Shown piece by piece: positions 25,184 through 37,255 of a stretch of 64,000 nt of DNA. The notes below the pieces were generated by a model. It searched no databases and was not told where the DNA came from. It worked only from the letters and a program-made list of their open reading frames with translations. The DNA is from Octopus sinensis (Eukaryota): positions 9,424,001-9,488,000 of the forward strand of contig NC_043009.1 in NCBI RefSeq assembly GCF_006345805.1, written 5' to 3'. Made by a program: the position numbers and the translations under genes. Position 1 is the stretch's first letter; each line of letters begins with the position of its first letter.

Positions 25184-25879
25184 CTAATTAAAATAATGCA
25201 AGCGTTCATACAAAAATTAGTTATTGAACTTGCACTTAGTTGGATTATAGATTTAACTGTTTTGAGTTTGACCCAGAATGGGAACCACAGCATCAGGAGC
25301 AGGGAACCCTTCATTTACATTCAAATTCAAAGCCCTTAAGTTGACTACATCTCTAAAAAAAATAGTATATAAAAAAAAAAGAAAGAAACAGAAAAATTTG
25401 TAAGATCAAGACCAGTAATTTAATACATATATTTATAAAATTAAATATTCATTAATTTTTTTTCAGCACAGTTGTACTTTCCTTAGTGCTTATGTACTTA
25501 TAAGTTGTCCCTGGTATGAAAAAATGTCCCCCTCTCCTGCATGCTCAAACTGCTAGAAATAGCAACCAAATCTCTTTCTAATCACCTTCAATTATCTATA
25601 ATAATCATAATAACTGATAATAATAGTAATAACAATAATAATAATGAAGCACTCATTAATTATCTTGTACTCCTGCTGGCTCTAATGGAGAAATTAAACA
25701 CATTGGCTCCTGTACAACCCAGTGGAGGATCATGGTGACATGTTAGCAAGATCCATACATCCATCTGGTGACTTGTATCCTTATTTCTTTTCTAGGAGTC
25801 TTTTGAAAACCAGTTCACTACAAATGTATAAGCATGTGATTACGACTCGAGAGAACAATATCTTTTTTTTTCATATATA

Positions 25880-26421
25880 CTCTTTTACTTGTTTCAGTCA
25901 TTTGACTGCAGCCATGCTGGAGCACCGCCTTTAGTCGAGCAAATCGACCCCGGGACTTATTCTTTTGTAAGCCCAGTACTATCGATCTCTTTTGCCGAAC
26001 CGCTAAGTGATGGGGACGTAAACACACCAGCATCGGTTGTCAAGCAATGCTAGAGGGACAAACACAGACGCACAAACATATACACACACATACATATATA
26101 TACTGCCATGACACTGCATCCTTTAAGGCCCTCATGCTTTCTGAAATCCGCCGAAGCTACACCTGATTATATATACACTTTAGATGAGTTGTAGTGCACT
26201 TGAGCACTGTACACAATTATTATTATTATTATTTTATTATATATATATACATATATACGACAGGCTTCTTTCAGTTTCCGTCTACCAAATCCACTCACAA
26301 GGCTTTGGTCGGCCCGAGGCTATAGTAGAAGACACTTGCCCAAGGTGCCAAACAGTGGGACTGAACTCGGAACCATGTGGCTGGTTAGCAAGCAACTTAC
26401 CACACAGCCACTCCTGCGCCT
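25880..26421 (-). mobile_element. SINE family A with a nested CR1 3' fragment
   Basis: SINE halves flank the 26103-26232 insertion. Confidence 0.85.
26103..26232 (+). mobile_element. Extreme 3' fragment of the CR1-type LINE seen at 8451-9557
   Basis: ctgccatgacactgcatc...gagcactgtacacaattattatt is nearly identical to the reverse complement of 8465-8595. Confidence 0.9.
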
Positions 26422-26805
26422 ATATATTTTATAAATTATTTTTGTTTTTCTTTTGATTTTCACATTTACATCATACTTTTAACAAAAGATGAGTAAACAG
26501 AAAATATAATTTGCAAAACGGAAGGTACCAAATGATCCATCAGTAGGGACATGGATGGAAAACACAATCTATGTGATTCTTGCTTCATGTATGATACAGC
26601 GAAAAAATATGGTGTTCATATCAAAACTAATTAGGATATTACATTAGGGCTTTGAGACAAAATGAAAAATGGGGCCCAGGAGCCATCATGTTGAAAGATA
26701 CCAGATAACCAACGATAAGTCAGTAGTTTATAATCCACCATATTGTGTCACATGATCAAAACATTTAATGTTTCCATAGTTTCCATAGCTTTAAGTAGGT
26801 GCTTG

Positions 26806-27225
26806 GGATATTTTCGGTTTGAACGGCAGTTTTTAACATAATTTCTAGGTAACTAAAAAATTTTAAACTTCGTATACTAGTAAAATGTGTTTATAAAACA
26901 TCTTTTTCTCTTGGCTTTATTGAGAAAATTCTATAGCTTGTAAGATATTTGTTGTTCTTTTTCTGCAATTTCAACCAATCAATGATGTCTATTGAGGTAA
27001 AAAAAACATTCTGTGCTGTATGAATATGTTCCTCGTTTAAGAAACAGATTGGGTTTATTTACATTTGTGAAGAAAAAAAGATACCCTTCCCCCCACCCCT
27101 AACCCTAACTAACCCTAACCCTAAAACAGATTGAAATGCAATAGATCGATACTAGGGTCATAATTATGGGTGACAATTTCATATGACACCGCTAGAAAAA
27201 ACTGCCGTTCAAACCGAAAAGATTC
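26806..27225. mobile_element. Non-autonomous DNA transposon with about 29-bp TIRs, 8-bp TSD and internal (CCCTAA)n
   Basis: ggtgcttg|ggatattttcggtttgaacggcagttttt...aaaaactgccgttcaaaccgaaaagattc|ggtgcttg. Confidence 0.9.
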
Positions 27226-27548
27226 GGTGCTTGTAGTCAGAATAGTTTGCTTTGTAGTTTACTGATACCTGTGACAATGTTGTAAAATTGGTTTCAAATA
27301 TTGGCACAAGGCCTGCAATTTCAGGGCAGAGAGTAAGTTGATGACATCGCACTCAGTGCTCAACTGGTACTTGGTTTATTGACCCTGAAAAGATGAAAGG
27401 CAAAATCAACCTCTGCAGTATTTGAACTCAGACTGTAACGATGGATGAAATGCCTCTAAGCATTTTGCCCAGTGTGGTAATGCTTCTGCCAGCTTGCTGC
27501 CTTACATGTAAAAATCAACATGTTTCATGTGCTCTGAATGCTGACTTT

Positions 27549-27903
27549 TAGTTGTGTGGCCTTGCTGAGACCCCCTTTGGTCATGACTGACCATAGGATT
27601 GCATCTAGAAAGTTACCCTCCCAGGCACAAGTCCGGGCAAGGTTGTTTATGGAAGACCAGCAGTCGCCCATGCATACCAGCCTCTCTCTCTACGCCACCA
27701 GTGTTATCCAAGGGAAAGGCAAAGGGGCCGATACAGCTTGGCACCAGTGACATCGCAACTCCTTTCTACAGCTGAGTGAACTGGAGCAGCATAAAATAAA
27801 GTGTCTTGCTCAAGAACACAACACACAGCCCAGTCTGGGATTCGAACTCACAACCTCACGATTGTAAGCTCGACGCTTTAACCACTGAGCAATGCGCCTT
27901 CAC
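27549..27903 (-). mobile_element. tRNA-derived SINE family D variant
   Basis: Head gaaggcgcattgctcagtggtta...gagttcgaatccc, core ttcttgagcaagacac...ccagttcactcagctg; related copy at 52882-53260. Confidence 0.8.
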
Positions 27904-28250
27904 ATGTGTGGCCTTAATGGAGATAAAACTTTAGTTGGGTTTAACTCCCATTTCATTCTCTGGTCCTTACGTACCTTTAGCAGAGTCCACTCTTGTTACA
28001 TACATTCAGGCAAGGTTTCCAATTTGAAGAGAACTTGATATCTTGACACACTAGCTATTTCAGTAACCCATTTGTTGCTCAGTTTAAACCATGATCACTG
28101 CCTGGTGCTTGGGTGCCTTTAGCAGAGTTGACTGCATTACAAGCATTCACATAAGCCTTCAATTTGAGGATAACTTCATTTCTTGATATACACTTCCTAC
28201 TGCAGTAAATTATGACTTGAAGTTTCTTCCTTTCTTCCTGACATTCTTAA

Positions 28251-28472
28251 CCCTTTCATTACCATATTTCTGTTGAGATACTCTGTGTTTCTTTCAATTA
28301 ATTTTAAATATAACAAAGAATTTAGTAAAATAATGTAGTCATCATTAAGCTAGTGTTAGGAACATAAATTGTGACTAAGGTTTGGTGGAAGATTTTAATT
28401 CAGATCTTTTGAAAATAAGACATTTGTATTACAGGGCCAGAGGTGGTTTCAGGCGGGTTGGTATCAAAAGGG
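28251..28472. mobile_element. piggyBac-type MITE family 1
   Basis: TTAA|ccctttcattacc...ggtatcaaaaggg|TTAA. Confidence 0.85.
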
Positions 28473-29176
28473 TTAAAGGGTCTGTGAAAATTCCATAGGC
28501 TCTGAATGCATTTCTTCTTCTGATTAAACCATTTTTTCTGAAACAGTGAATTATTCCAGTACTTACTCACTTGAATCCTTTCATAAGCACCCAACTTTAC
28601 ATGTCCCAACGACCCTTTACCTGCTGTATGGGACTAAACACCACTACTAGTCACCTGTCTTGTGCTGGGATGTGCTTCAACATGGTGCCTACGTACAATC
28701 AAGTGGACTGAGCCTATGAGAGCTAAATGTCTTTGAAGTACCCATGACACTGTATATATATATATATAAGCTCTTGATCCTTTGGACATTTCCCTGCTCG
28801 TTTCCAGAGTTCGCTGTCCATGGTTTAACAAAAGCAATATTTCTCAGAGAAATAACCCAAATGTTACATTGTTAATTAAGTAGTTAGAGATTTAAGAGTT
28901 ATTAAATGTTGAACAGTTAAGCTTAAAAGGTGGAAACTAATACGTCAGTGTATAGGTGCCTGTGTGTAGATGGTACGGGGTAGGGGAAAACCCACAGAGG
29001 TTTAACTTTAAATTGAATATTAGTGAAAAGGAGGATGTGGTGGTGGTGTGGTGGTGTGTGGGTGGGGGAAGGTAACAGTGTCTGTTGTAGTAGCGGTGAT
29101 GGTGGTGTTGGTTCATTAGCAGGGGTGGGTGTAGGAAATGATGGCAAAGAGATTTAGATAGTGGGAAATGTTGTTG

Positions 29177-29208
<32 letters not shown>

Positions 29209-29489
29209 GGTGGTAATAGTGCAAACCCCGCTGTCGTGGTTAGTGGTAAAGATAGTAAGAGTTGCAGTGTTTGGGGTGGTGGTGGTGGTAGTGGTGGTGG
29301 TGGATGGTAATTGGTGGGATTCGTATTAACATGCAAATATTTTCCAGCTTACTTATTAAGGCTAAATTAATAAGTCTACTTATGCAAGATCAATAGTACA
29401 CACATTAAATCAAAAGTACATCTAGTGAGGTTAAATTAAAACAGTTTGCTGTACACACTGAGTAGTACAGATTCATGTTTTAATTAATC

Positions 29490-29768
29490 TGATATGTGCG
29501 TATGCCTGTATGTATATATATATATATATACGTGTGTTTGTGTGTCTGTTGTGTATGTGTATTCTGTGTAGCTGTATATATATATATATATATATGGATA
29601 TATATATATATGGATATATGGATATATACATGAACATTTGTGTATGTAATTGAGCATGTAAATCTATGGATCTGTATGTACATGAGTGTGTAAATATATG
29701 CGTCTGTCTCTATATATGAACATATACATAAGCAGTTCAATAAATAGGCAAGTGCATACATTTGTGTG

Positions 29769-29801
<33 letters not shown>

Positions 29802-29862
29802 ATATACATATATATATGTATGTATATATATATGTATGTATATATGTATGTAAATATATATG

Positions 29863-29893
<31 letters not shown>

Positions 29894-29902
29894 ATATATA
29901 TG

Positions 29903-29941
<39 letters not shown>

Positions 29942-29952
29942 GTATGTATATG

Positions 29953-29986
<34 letters not shown>

Positions 29987-30029
29987 TGTATGTATATATA
30001 TATGTATGTATGTATATATATATGTATGT

Positions 30030-30070
<41 letters not shown>

Positions 30071-30096
30071 TATATGTATATATATATGTATGTATG

Positions 30097-30146
<50 letters not shown>

Positions 30147-30320
30147 TACTTACACGTGTGTGTGTGTGTGTGTACACACTTATACTTTTATTATTTTTCT
30201 TTGCAGGAAGTTACAAAATTTACTCAGGGAATGACCGTTTCATGCGTGGCACTTATTTGTTCTGCTAAAATGATATATATATATATGTGTATGTATGTAT
30301 ATATATATATATATATATAT
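29490..30320. repeat. Long (TA)/(TATG)/(TG) compound microsatellite
   Basis: Directly visible. Confidence 0.95.
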
Positions 30321-30595
30321 GTTACCATCATTATCCCTTTACATCCATTTTTTCCATAGATTGAGTGGGTATTTCTACTGCACCATTTTTCTTACTTCTG
30401 CTATTAGTCTCCTCTTTTCTTCTCTTTTTTTTTTCTTCACTTCTCTAATCTTGCAAGTTCTTTTGTCTTGGATTGCTTCTTACTTCATTTCCCAACTGTT
30501 GTCCTTCATAAGCATTCTATTCATATCCTCACAGTTTACTCTCTTGCACGTATGTGTATATGTGTGTTTGTATGTGTGTGTGTGTATTCTTAAAG

Positions 30596-30704
30596 GAATA
30601 TATTGTTGATAGTGACTTTGGAGTTTTGGCCATTTAAGCCATTGTTGGCTGTCTGAGAATGGGCTTAATTGGCAGATACTTTGAAGTCACTGTCAACAAT
30701 ATTC
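30596..30704 (+). ncRNA. Candidate pre-miRNA-like hairpin
   Basis: About 43-bp stem and 14-nt loop; 5 of the 8 non-Watson-Crick positions in the first 40 pairs are G-U on the plus strand. Confidence 0.4.
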
Positions 30705-31467
30705 ATGGTCAAGAATGCTAAATTTCTACTCTATAAAAGTATAGAGTAATCTATCAGATGAATATTAAATCATTTTCATTGTAACTGAACATAAAAACAA
30801 ACATTAATGTGTGTGTGTGTGGTGTGTGTGTGTGTGCCTGTCTTTTTGTCTTTAATATTCTTCTTGTTTCAATCATTGAGCTGTATGCATGCTGGGTGAC
30901 TGCTATTTATTGTTTAATTGAACAAATCAACCCCTTTTTTAAACCCTAGTTCCTATTCTATCAATCTCTTTTAAAATGTATATATTTTACTGTTAAGAGT
31001 TGGCAGCTGTTCTCTTGTATCTTACACTTGGCTCATTAACAAGTAAAGTTTTTTGAGGAAATTGTTAAGGAATTGGTTTGGCATTCTGTGCTGGCCATTT
31101 GCAATAACCCTTATACCTGTTTTAAAAAAAAAATTTTTTTTTACAAAAAGGGCCTTCTTTGTTTATATGTCGCCTAAGGACCAATCAACCACATGTTTGG
31201 GTGACATTTCAAGTGATAGCTACACTAAAACATTAGTCAAGACCAACATCATCATCATCACCATTTAACGTCCGTTTTTCGATGCTGGCATGTGTAAAAT
31301 TGTTTGGCAGGGGATGGTAAGCCTGAGGACTGCATCAAGTTCTCTTTTGGCATGGTTTCTACAGCTGGATGCCCTTCCTAATGCCCACCATTTTACAGAA
31401 TATACTGGGTGCTTTTACATGGCACCAGCAACAGTGAGGCCACCACAACAATAAGCAAATGGATACA

Positions 31468-31608
31468 TCTCTCTATATATAAACAGCAAAATGTCTGTGT
31501 GTGTGTGTGTGTCCTTTATACAAATCCACAATTTTTCAGTTAGAGGGCTCGCACTTTCTATGGTCATTCAAAACCGTCCAAGGGTGGTCGTGCACATCTT
31601 TACATTTT
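31468..31608 (+). mobile_element. Possible non-autonomous Helitron 5' end
   Basis: tctctctatatataaacagcaaaatgtctgtgtgtg start resembles Helitron-N 5' termini; no CTAG 3' hairpin found. Confidence 0.35.
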
Positions 31609-32174
31609 ATAATTCCTTGTAATTCCTTAAGTTTTTTTATTGAAATCTAAAACTTATTGTAAGCTTTTTTTCCCATGACTTTTGCATCAATCTCTCATAG
31701 AATTAGGGTCTCTAACAAGTATGTGTAACCATGCTGCTTCTGAAGGTTAGATTGGCTATGTTCCTGTATGAACATACATGTTTTTTTGTTGCTTGTTGCA
31801 AAGACTATATTTTATTAACATCATAAAGAGTGTTGCAGAAGTGACTGCCTAGGAATTGAACTTGAATCACTGTCTTCATATATGAAAGCAAGTGTGAATA
31901 TGCAAACAGGATTTTGTCTGGCGATTGGTGACGTCAGCAAGCAAGTAGCCATTCAGGTGTCCAAGGCTCTAATATGTTTCTTTATATTGTCTCCCCCAGT
32001 CAGGTACAGAACGCTCCTTCCTTCCTTTAGTTTGCCGAACTGATAAACAGATCACACTCCTACTTTATTGTTCAATTGTTAGAAATCAGAAGTGTATTCA
32101 ACTGTGAAATATACTGAGTGGCATTAACAACACACATGCATATATGTGTGTGTGTGTTTATCGCTTTCTCTTTC

Positions 32175-32226
<52 letters not shown>

Positions 32227-32329
32227 TGCATGTATGTGTTAGTACTTATATGCACATAAATGCATATAAATGTATATTTTATATCCCGTTCTAGCACGGA
32301 AAAAACGGATGTTAAACGATGATGATGTT

Positions 32330-32380
<51 letters not shown>

Positions 32381-32411
32381 ATTTATATATATATGTATAT
32401 ACATATGTATA

Positions 32412-32478
<67 letters not shown>

Positions 32479-33071
32479 TATATATGTATATATATATATT
32501 ATATATATATGTATATGTATTAGTATATATATATATATTTATATGTGATATATTGTTGAAAACTATTGACACTACATATGTAATGATAACATTTTGCTTA
32601 CAATTGGCTCAGGATGTCCATAAAGTCACACATGTATGCATGCACACACACACGTGCGCACAGGCATGCTCCCCTCCCATACATAATGGGCTTCTTTCAG
32701 CTTCTGTCTATTCCATCCATGCACGAAGCATTTATTGACCTGACTTTATATGAGAAGAAACTTATCCAAGGTACTGTGCCATGGGATTGAACACGAAAAC
32801 CACAACACTGTGCGTGTGTGTGTGTGTGTGTGTATGTGTGTGTGAGTGTGTGTGTATGTGTATTTATCTATACATATATATAAATAACAGGCTTCTTTCA
32901 GTTTTCATCTACCGCATCCACTCACAAGTTTCTGCTGGCTCAAAGTGCCATGCAGTGGGACTGAACCCAGAACCATATGGCTGGGAAGCAAACTTCGTAC
33001 CACACAATTAAATCTGTGCCTGTTATTATTATATATGTGTGTGTGCGTGTATTTTTTTCTTTTTTTTTTTT

Positions 33072-33458
33072 CTTTTTACTTGTTTCAGTCATTTGACTGC
33101 GGCCATGCTGGAGCACCACCTTTAGTCGAGCAAATCGACCCCGGGACTTATTCTTTGTAAGCCCAGTACTTATTCTATCGGTCTCTTTTTGCCGAACCGC
33201 TAAGTGACGGGACGTAAACACACCAGCATCGGTTGTCAAGCAATGCTAGGGGGACAAACACACACACACACACATATATATATATACATATATACGACAG
33301 GATTCTTTCAGTTTCCGTCTACCAAATCCACTCACAAGGCATTGGTCGGCCCGGGGCTATAGCAGAAGACACTTGCCCAAGATGCCATGCAGTGGGACTG
33401 AACCCGGAACCATGTGGCTGGTTAACAAACTACTTACCACACAGACACTCCTGCGCCT
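33072..33458 (-). mobile_element. tRNA-derived SINE family A (full length)
   Basis: Family match. Confidence 0.9.
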
Positions 33459-34079
33459 ATATATAAAATATTTCAATATATGTATGTGTATTATATGTGA
33501 ATGTATATGCATGTGTATATGAAATTATCATTTCTTATCAAACTTGCTGTTATTGTATTTATCTAATTACCTTCAATGAGTTTTTAGCGATTTTGGTGTG
33601 GGTGTGAACATTAAGATTCTTTTTCAACCATGTACGTCATCAGAAACTAATTAAAAAATATATTTTTTCTCTAAACATGCATTAATATGTTTGCAGATAT
33701 ATTTTTTTTCTCTGATATACGTGTTCTGTTTGCGTGGGAGCAACCGAGAGAAATTATGAAAAAAATATGTTGGTTAGCAGACATTCAAAGCAGTAGAGTA
33801 AGGCAGGGACATCATATTCATGAAAAACTATACTTAAGTTTGGTGTTAATATATTTAAGGAGCCGACTATTAGAATGGTAATGGTGAATAATTGTACAGA
33901 TAGAGGGAAAATTATATTGGTTAATGACTAATTACTATTTTATGATTTATTCATCAATACTTCGGCAATTACAGTAAAGCTTACACTTTACACTATTGAG
34001 GCTAGAATAAAACTGAAACAAGTCCATAGTTGTCTCCCATACACATGCAACATAGACACTTCGTCATTATTCTCCAAAG

Positions 34080-34350
34080 CAGTGGTTCTCAACCATTCTT
34101 TGCCTATGGACCTCTTTGATTTCTATTTTACTCAGGAAAGGGGTAGGTACCCTCATAGCTAAAATCTATTATATTTTTATGATTAGATATTATTAGGAAT
34201 TGTAAAAAAAAAAGTGTTTAAATATTTTGTGTATTGCCAAAATATAATCAATTTAAAGCCCATAAATTTTAACAGCAAAATCTTATATGGACTCCCAAAG
34301 GTCATAGGGCTCCTAAGGTCATATATATGGAACCCAGTTAGGAAACACTG
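34080..34350 (+). mobile_element. hAT (Charlie-like) MITE
   Basis: ctccaaag|cagtggttctcaac...gttaggaaacactg|ctctaaag: CAG/CTG termini, 8-bp TSD with one mismatch. Confidence 0.85.
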
Positions 34351-34422
34351 CTCTAAAGGATGCATAACAATCTAGTTTTTTTTTTTCAGCAGCACCAAAA
34401 CACAATATATTTAGAAAATGTC

Positions 34423-34799
34423 TTTTATTGTATTTTGGGAGGATCATTACACCAATAATAAACATTGCACTGGTTCTGTTTCACTTCATTTATTATTATT
34501 TGTCAATTCATTAACATTTAATCAGTTAACTAATCAATTGTTCGGTTACTCATTTGGTCAATCAGACATGCTTCTGACTTGGAGTAGTAAGAGCATGTCT
34601 TTGATGAGGTTGCAAATGGTAACTAAAGAACTTTGACAAATAAAGCTGCTTGATTGACTGGCCAAATGATTAATCAAACTGCTGATTAGTCAATTGGTTT
34701 AAATGTTAATGAATTGACTGATAATGATAAAAGAAGTGAAACAGAAACAGTGCATGTGTTTATTATTAGCATGATGACCCACCCAAGGTATGATAAAAT
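34423..34799. repeat. Old diverged inverted repeat (fold-back element)
   Basis: tgcactggttctgtttcacttc...gtcaattcattaacatttaa mirrored by ttaaatgttaatgaattgac...gaagtgaaacagaaacagtgca. Confidence 0.75.
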
Positions 34800-35059
34800 C
34801 TGTTTCAGTCCATAAGTTCATATCGAAAATCTAGCAAACAAAACACAGTAACTACATACATTGAGGAAACAGTCTTGTAGTTTACCATTTCTGAATGAAA
34901 CACACAGCATAAACCTCAAAGACTAGTAGTATACCGTTCTTGAGTATATCAGTCTTTATGAATGAAACTCACAAGATAAACCTCAAAGTCACCTCACTGC
35001 TTAACCTTGCATCGTTGGGGATCTGTCATGGCATAACAACCCTCTAAAAGGCACATTAA

Positions 35060-35268
35060 CCCTTTAGCATTCGGATTGCTCCGTCAAGGTAATGCTTATT
35101 TATTCACATTATTTTGTGGCTTTGAGATTTTTGATGAGGTAACTGTTGATTTCAGGATGATATTGTAGGGTTGGTTCGAGAGGCCAGATCTGGCCATTTT
35201 GCACATAAAACAAGTAGGATATTTTGACCAGCTATGGCTTGTTTAAACTGGTTTAAATGCTAAAGTGT
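35060..35268. mobile_element. piggyBac-type MITE family 2
   Basis: TTAA|cctttagcattcggattgc...aaatgctaaag; homologous to 17647-17833. Confidence 0.7.
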
Positions 35269-35763
35269 AAACATATTGTTTACATATCTCAAAGGGGTTC
35301 CCGTTTCACACATACACAGTTTTAATTGCTATTCTAACTGGTCATCAAGGTTTCACTCACCGGCATGATACACTCAGACCCCTTGTTTTTTACCTACGAC
35401 ACCTCAATCTGCTTCTCTCAGCTGCATAACCCTTCCTCCTAAACCCACCTAACGCACTCATTGTTCTTTCTGTCATTAAACCTTATCAGATATTCCACTT
35501 AACAAAGTTGGCCTATTTCTTCTCGTATACTTTCTAACTGTTCATTTTTTTTTCTTTAAACTTTTTCTGCAGACATTCATCTTATGGGTTCCCAAACTCA
35601 TCATTGTCAATCAACCACATCAAATCCTTTGTCTCTGAGAGAGTCTGCAAACTTTATAGCCATTGTTCTTCCACCTCATGACTAACTTCTGAACTCTGGC
35701 TGTTTTTGTACATGCATTCATTGACCCACGTTTGATTTTAATCCTTATTATTATTATTATTAT

Positions 35764-36289
35764 TGAGAGAGCATTGCATGCCATCAAAGTGACACTGGGG
35801 TAAAATATACGAAGCCCAGTATACCCATCATGACTACCCGTCTGATAAGGGTACACTAGGCACATGCATCACAACCATATGTGTGCAACATGGTGATCTC
35901 ATATCAAGATAAACAGCACATGACCTTGCAGGTGGGGCCCAGTTAGAATTTTCTTCTGGTCGAGTAACCCATCCCTCTCAAAAGGTCCTTGAATAAGGGT
36001 TGTTTAAGGATGTTGAACGAAACACCCATATTTCCAGAGGTTATTTATTCAAACCCCAAAGAATCCCTCTCAACACATGGCTATGATGCTCCCCCACTAC
36101 TTCTGCTCATGATCAGAGATGCACATATCATCAGCTACTAAGGGACATGGTCAATTGGTTATGGTCAAATAACTGACAAGCAAATCTGTGGTATTGAGCA
36201 GAATATTTGGTGTAGCCTATCTTTTATACCAAGACAAAACAGTTAAGATCAGAAGCCATGAGAGCCACTGCCTGGTACTGCATCAGGGC

Positions 36290-36292
<3 letters not shown>
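35764..36292 (-). mobile_element. (TAA)n-associated non-autonomous retroposon; shorter copies at 41287-41417 and 46023-46255
   Basis: All copies share the end gagagagca..gcatgccatcaaagtgacactgggg next to (ATT)n and are variably truncated at the other end. Confidence 0.75.
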
Positions 36293-36355
<63 letters not shown>

Positions 36356-37024
36356 GATCATCATTAACTAACAGTAAAAAAAAAACTACTGTCACCACCA
36401 CCACCATGTTCTTTATCATAATGGTGAGGATGATGATAACAATGTCTTATATTAGCTAGTTGGGAACATCTTGATTGATTACTTGATAATTACAAAGTGG
36501 TGAGCTGGCAGAATTGTTACTGTATTGGACAGAGTTCGAATTCTGCTGTGGTTGACTGCCTTTCATTCCTTCGAGGTCGATGAAATAAGTACCGGGCAAG
36601 CACTGGGGTTGATGTAATCAACTAGCACACTCCTACCGAAATTTCAGGCCTTATACCTATCTATCTATTGTCGAAAGGATGATAATAAAGTGGATGACAA
36701 AGATGATATTTTTGCTCTGTGAAACTGTACTGCATTTGAGGAGGAAGGTATTGGAAGGAATTTATATCTGTTTAGATAAGCCAAGATAATTCAAAAGCTC
36801 AAATATGTAATGTAAAGAAAACATGAACTTTCATGTTACCACAGAAAGAGATGAACACAAAGAGCTGATGTGAATGAAATTATTATAACAAGATTCAAGA
36901 TTACTGTTATATGATATTTATAGTGTTAGACCTAATGTCTACAGAGGTTGACCTAATCCATTACTCAGTTTAACTCTACCATCTAGTTCTTGGATACTTT
37001 TAGTAGAGTAGGTTAATCATATAT

Positions 37025-37255
37025 GGAGGCACGTGGCTTAGTGGTTAGGGTGTCAGCATCATGATCGTAAGATTGTGGTTTCGATTCCTGGACCGGGCGA
37101 CGTGTTGTGTTCTTGAGCAAAACACTTCATTTCACGTTGCTCCAGTCCACTCAGCTGGCAAAAATGAGTAACGCTGCGATGGACTGGCGTCCCGTCCGCT
37201 GGGGAACACATACACCATAGAAACTGGGAAACCGGGCCCATGAGCCTGGTTAGGG
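37025..37255 (+). mobile_element. tRNA-derived SINE family D
   Basis: ggaggcacgtggcttagtggttaggg...ggtttcgattcc, core ccagtccactcagctg, gcgatggactggcgtcccgtcc. Confidence 0.85.

Noticed and set aside
29480-30359. YI/CV/HT-repeat ORFs (also at 8.2, 32.3, 39.2, 40.4, 49.5-50.6 and 62.9 kb)
   Set aside because: Microsatellite translations
37025-37100. tRNA-like sequence (also heads of other SINE A and D copies)
   Set aside because: These are SINE heads with A/B boxes and no complete cloverleaf or acceptor stem
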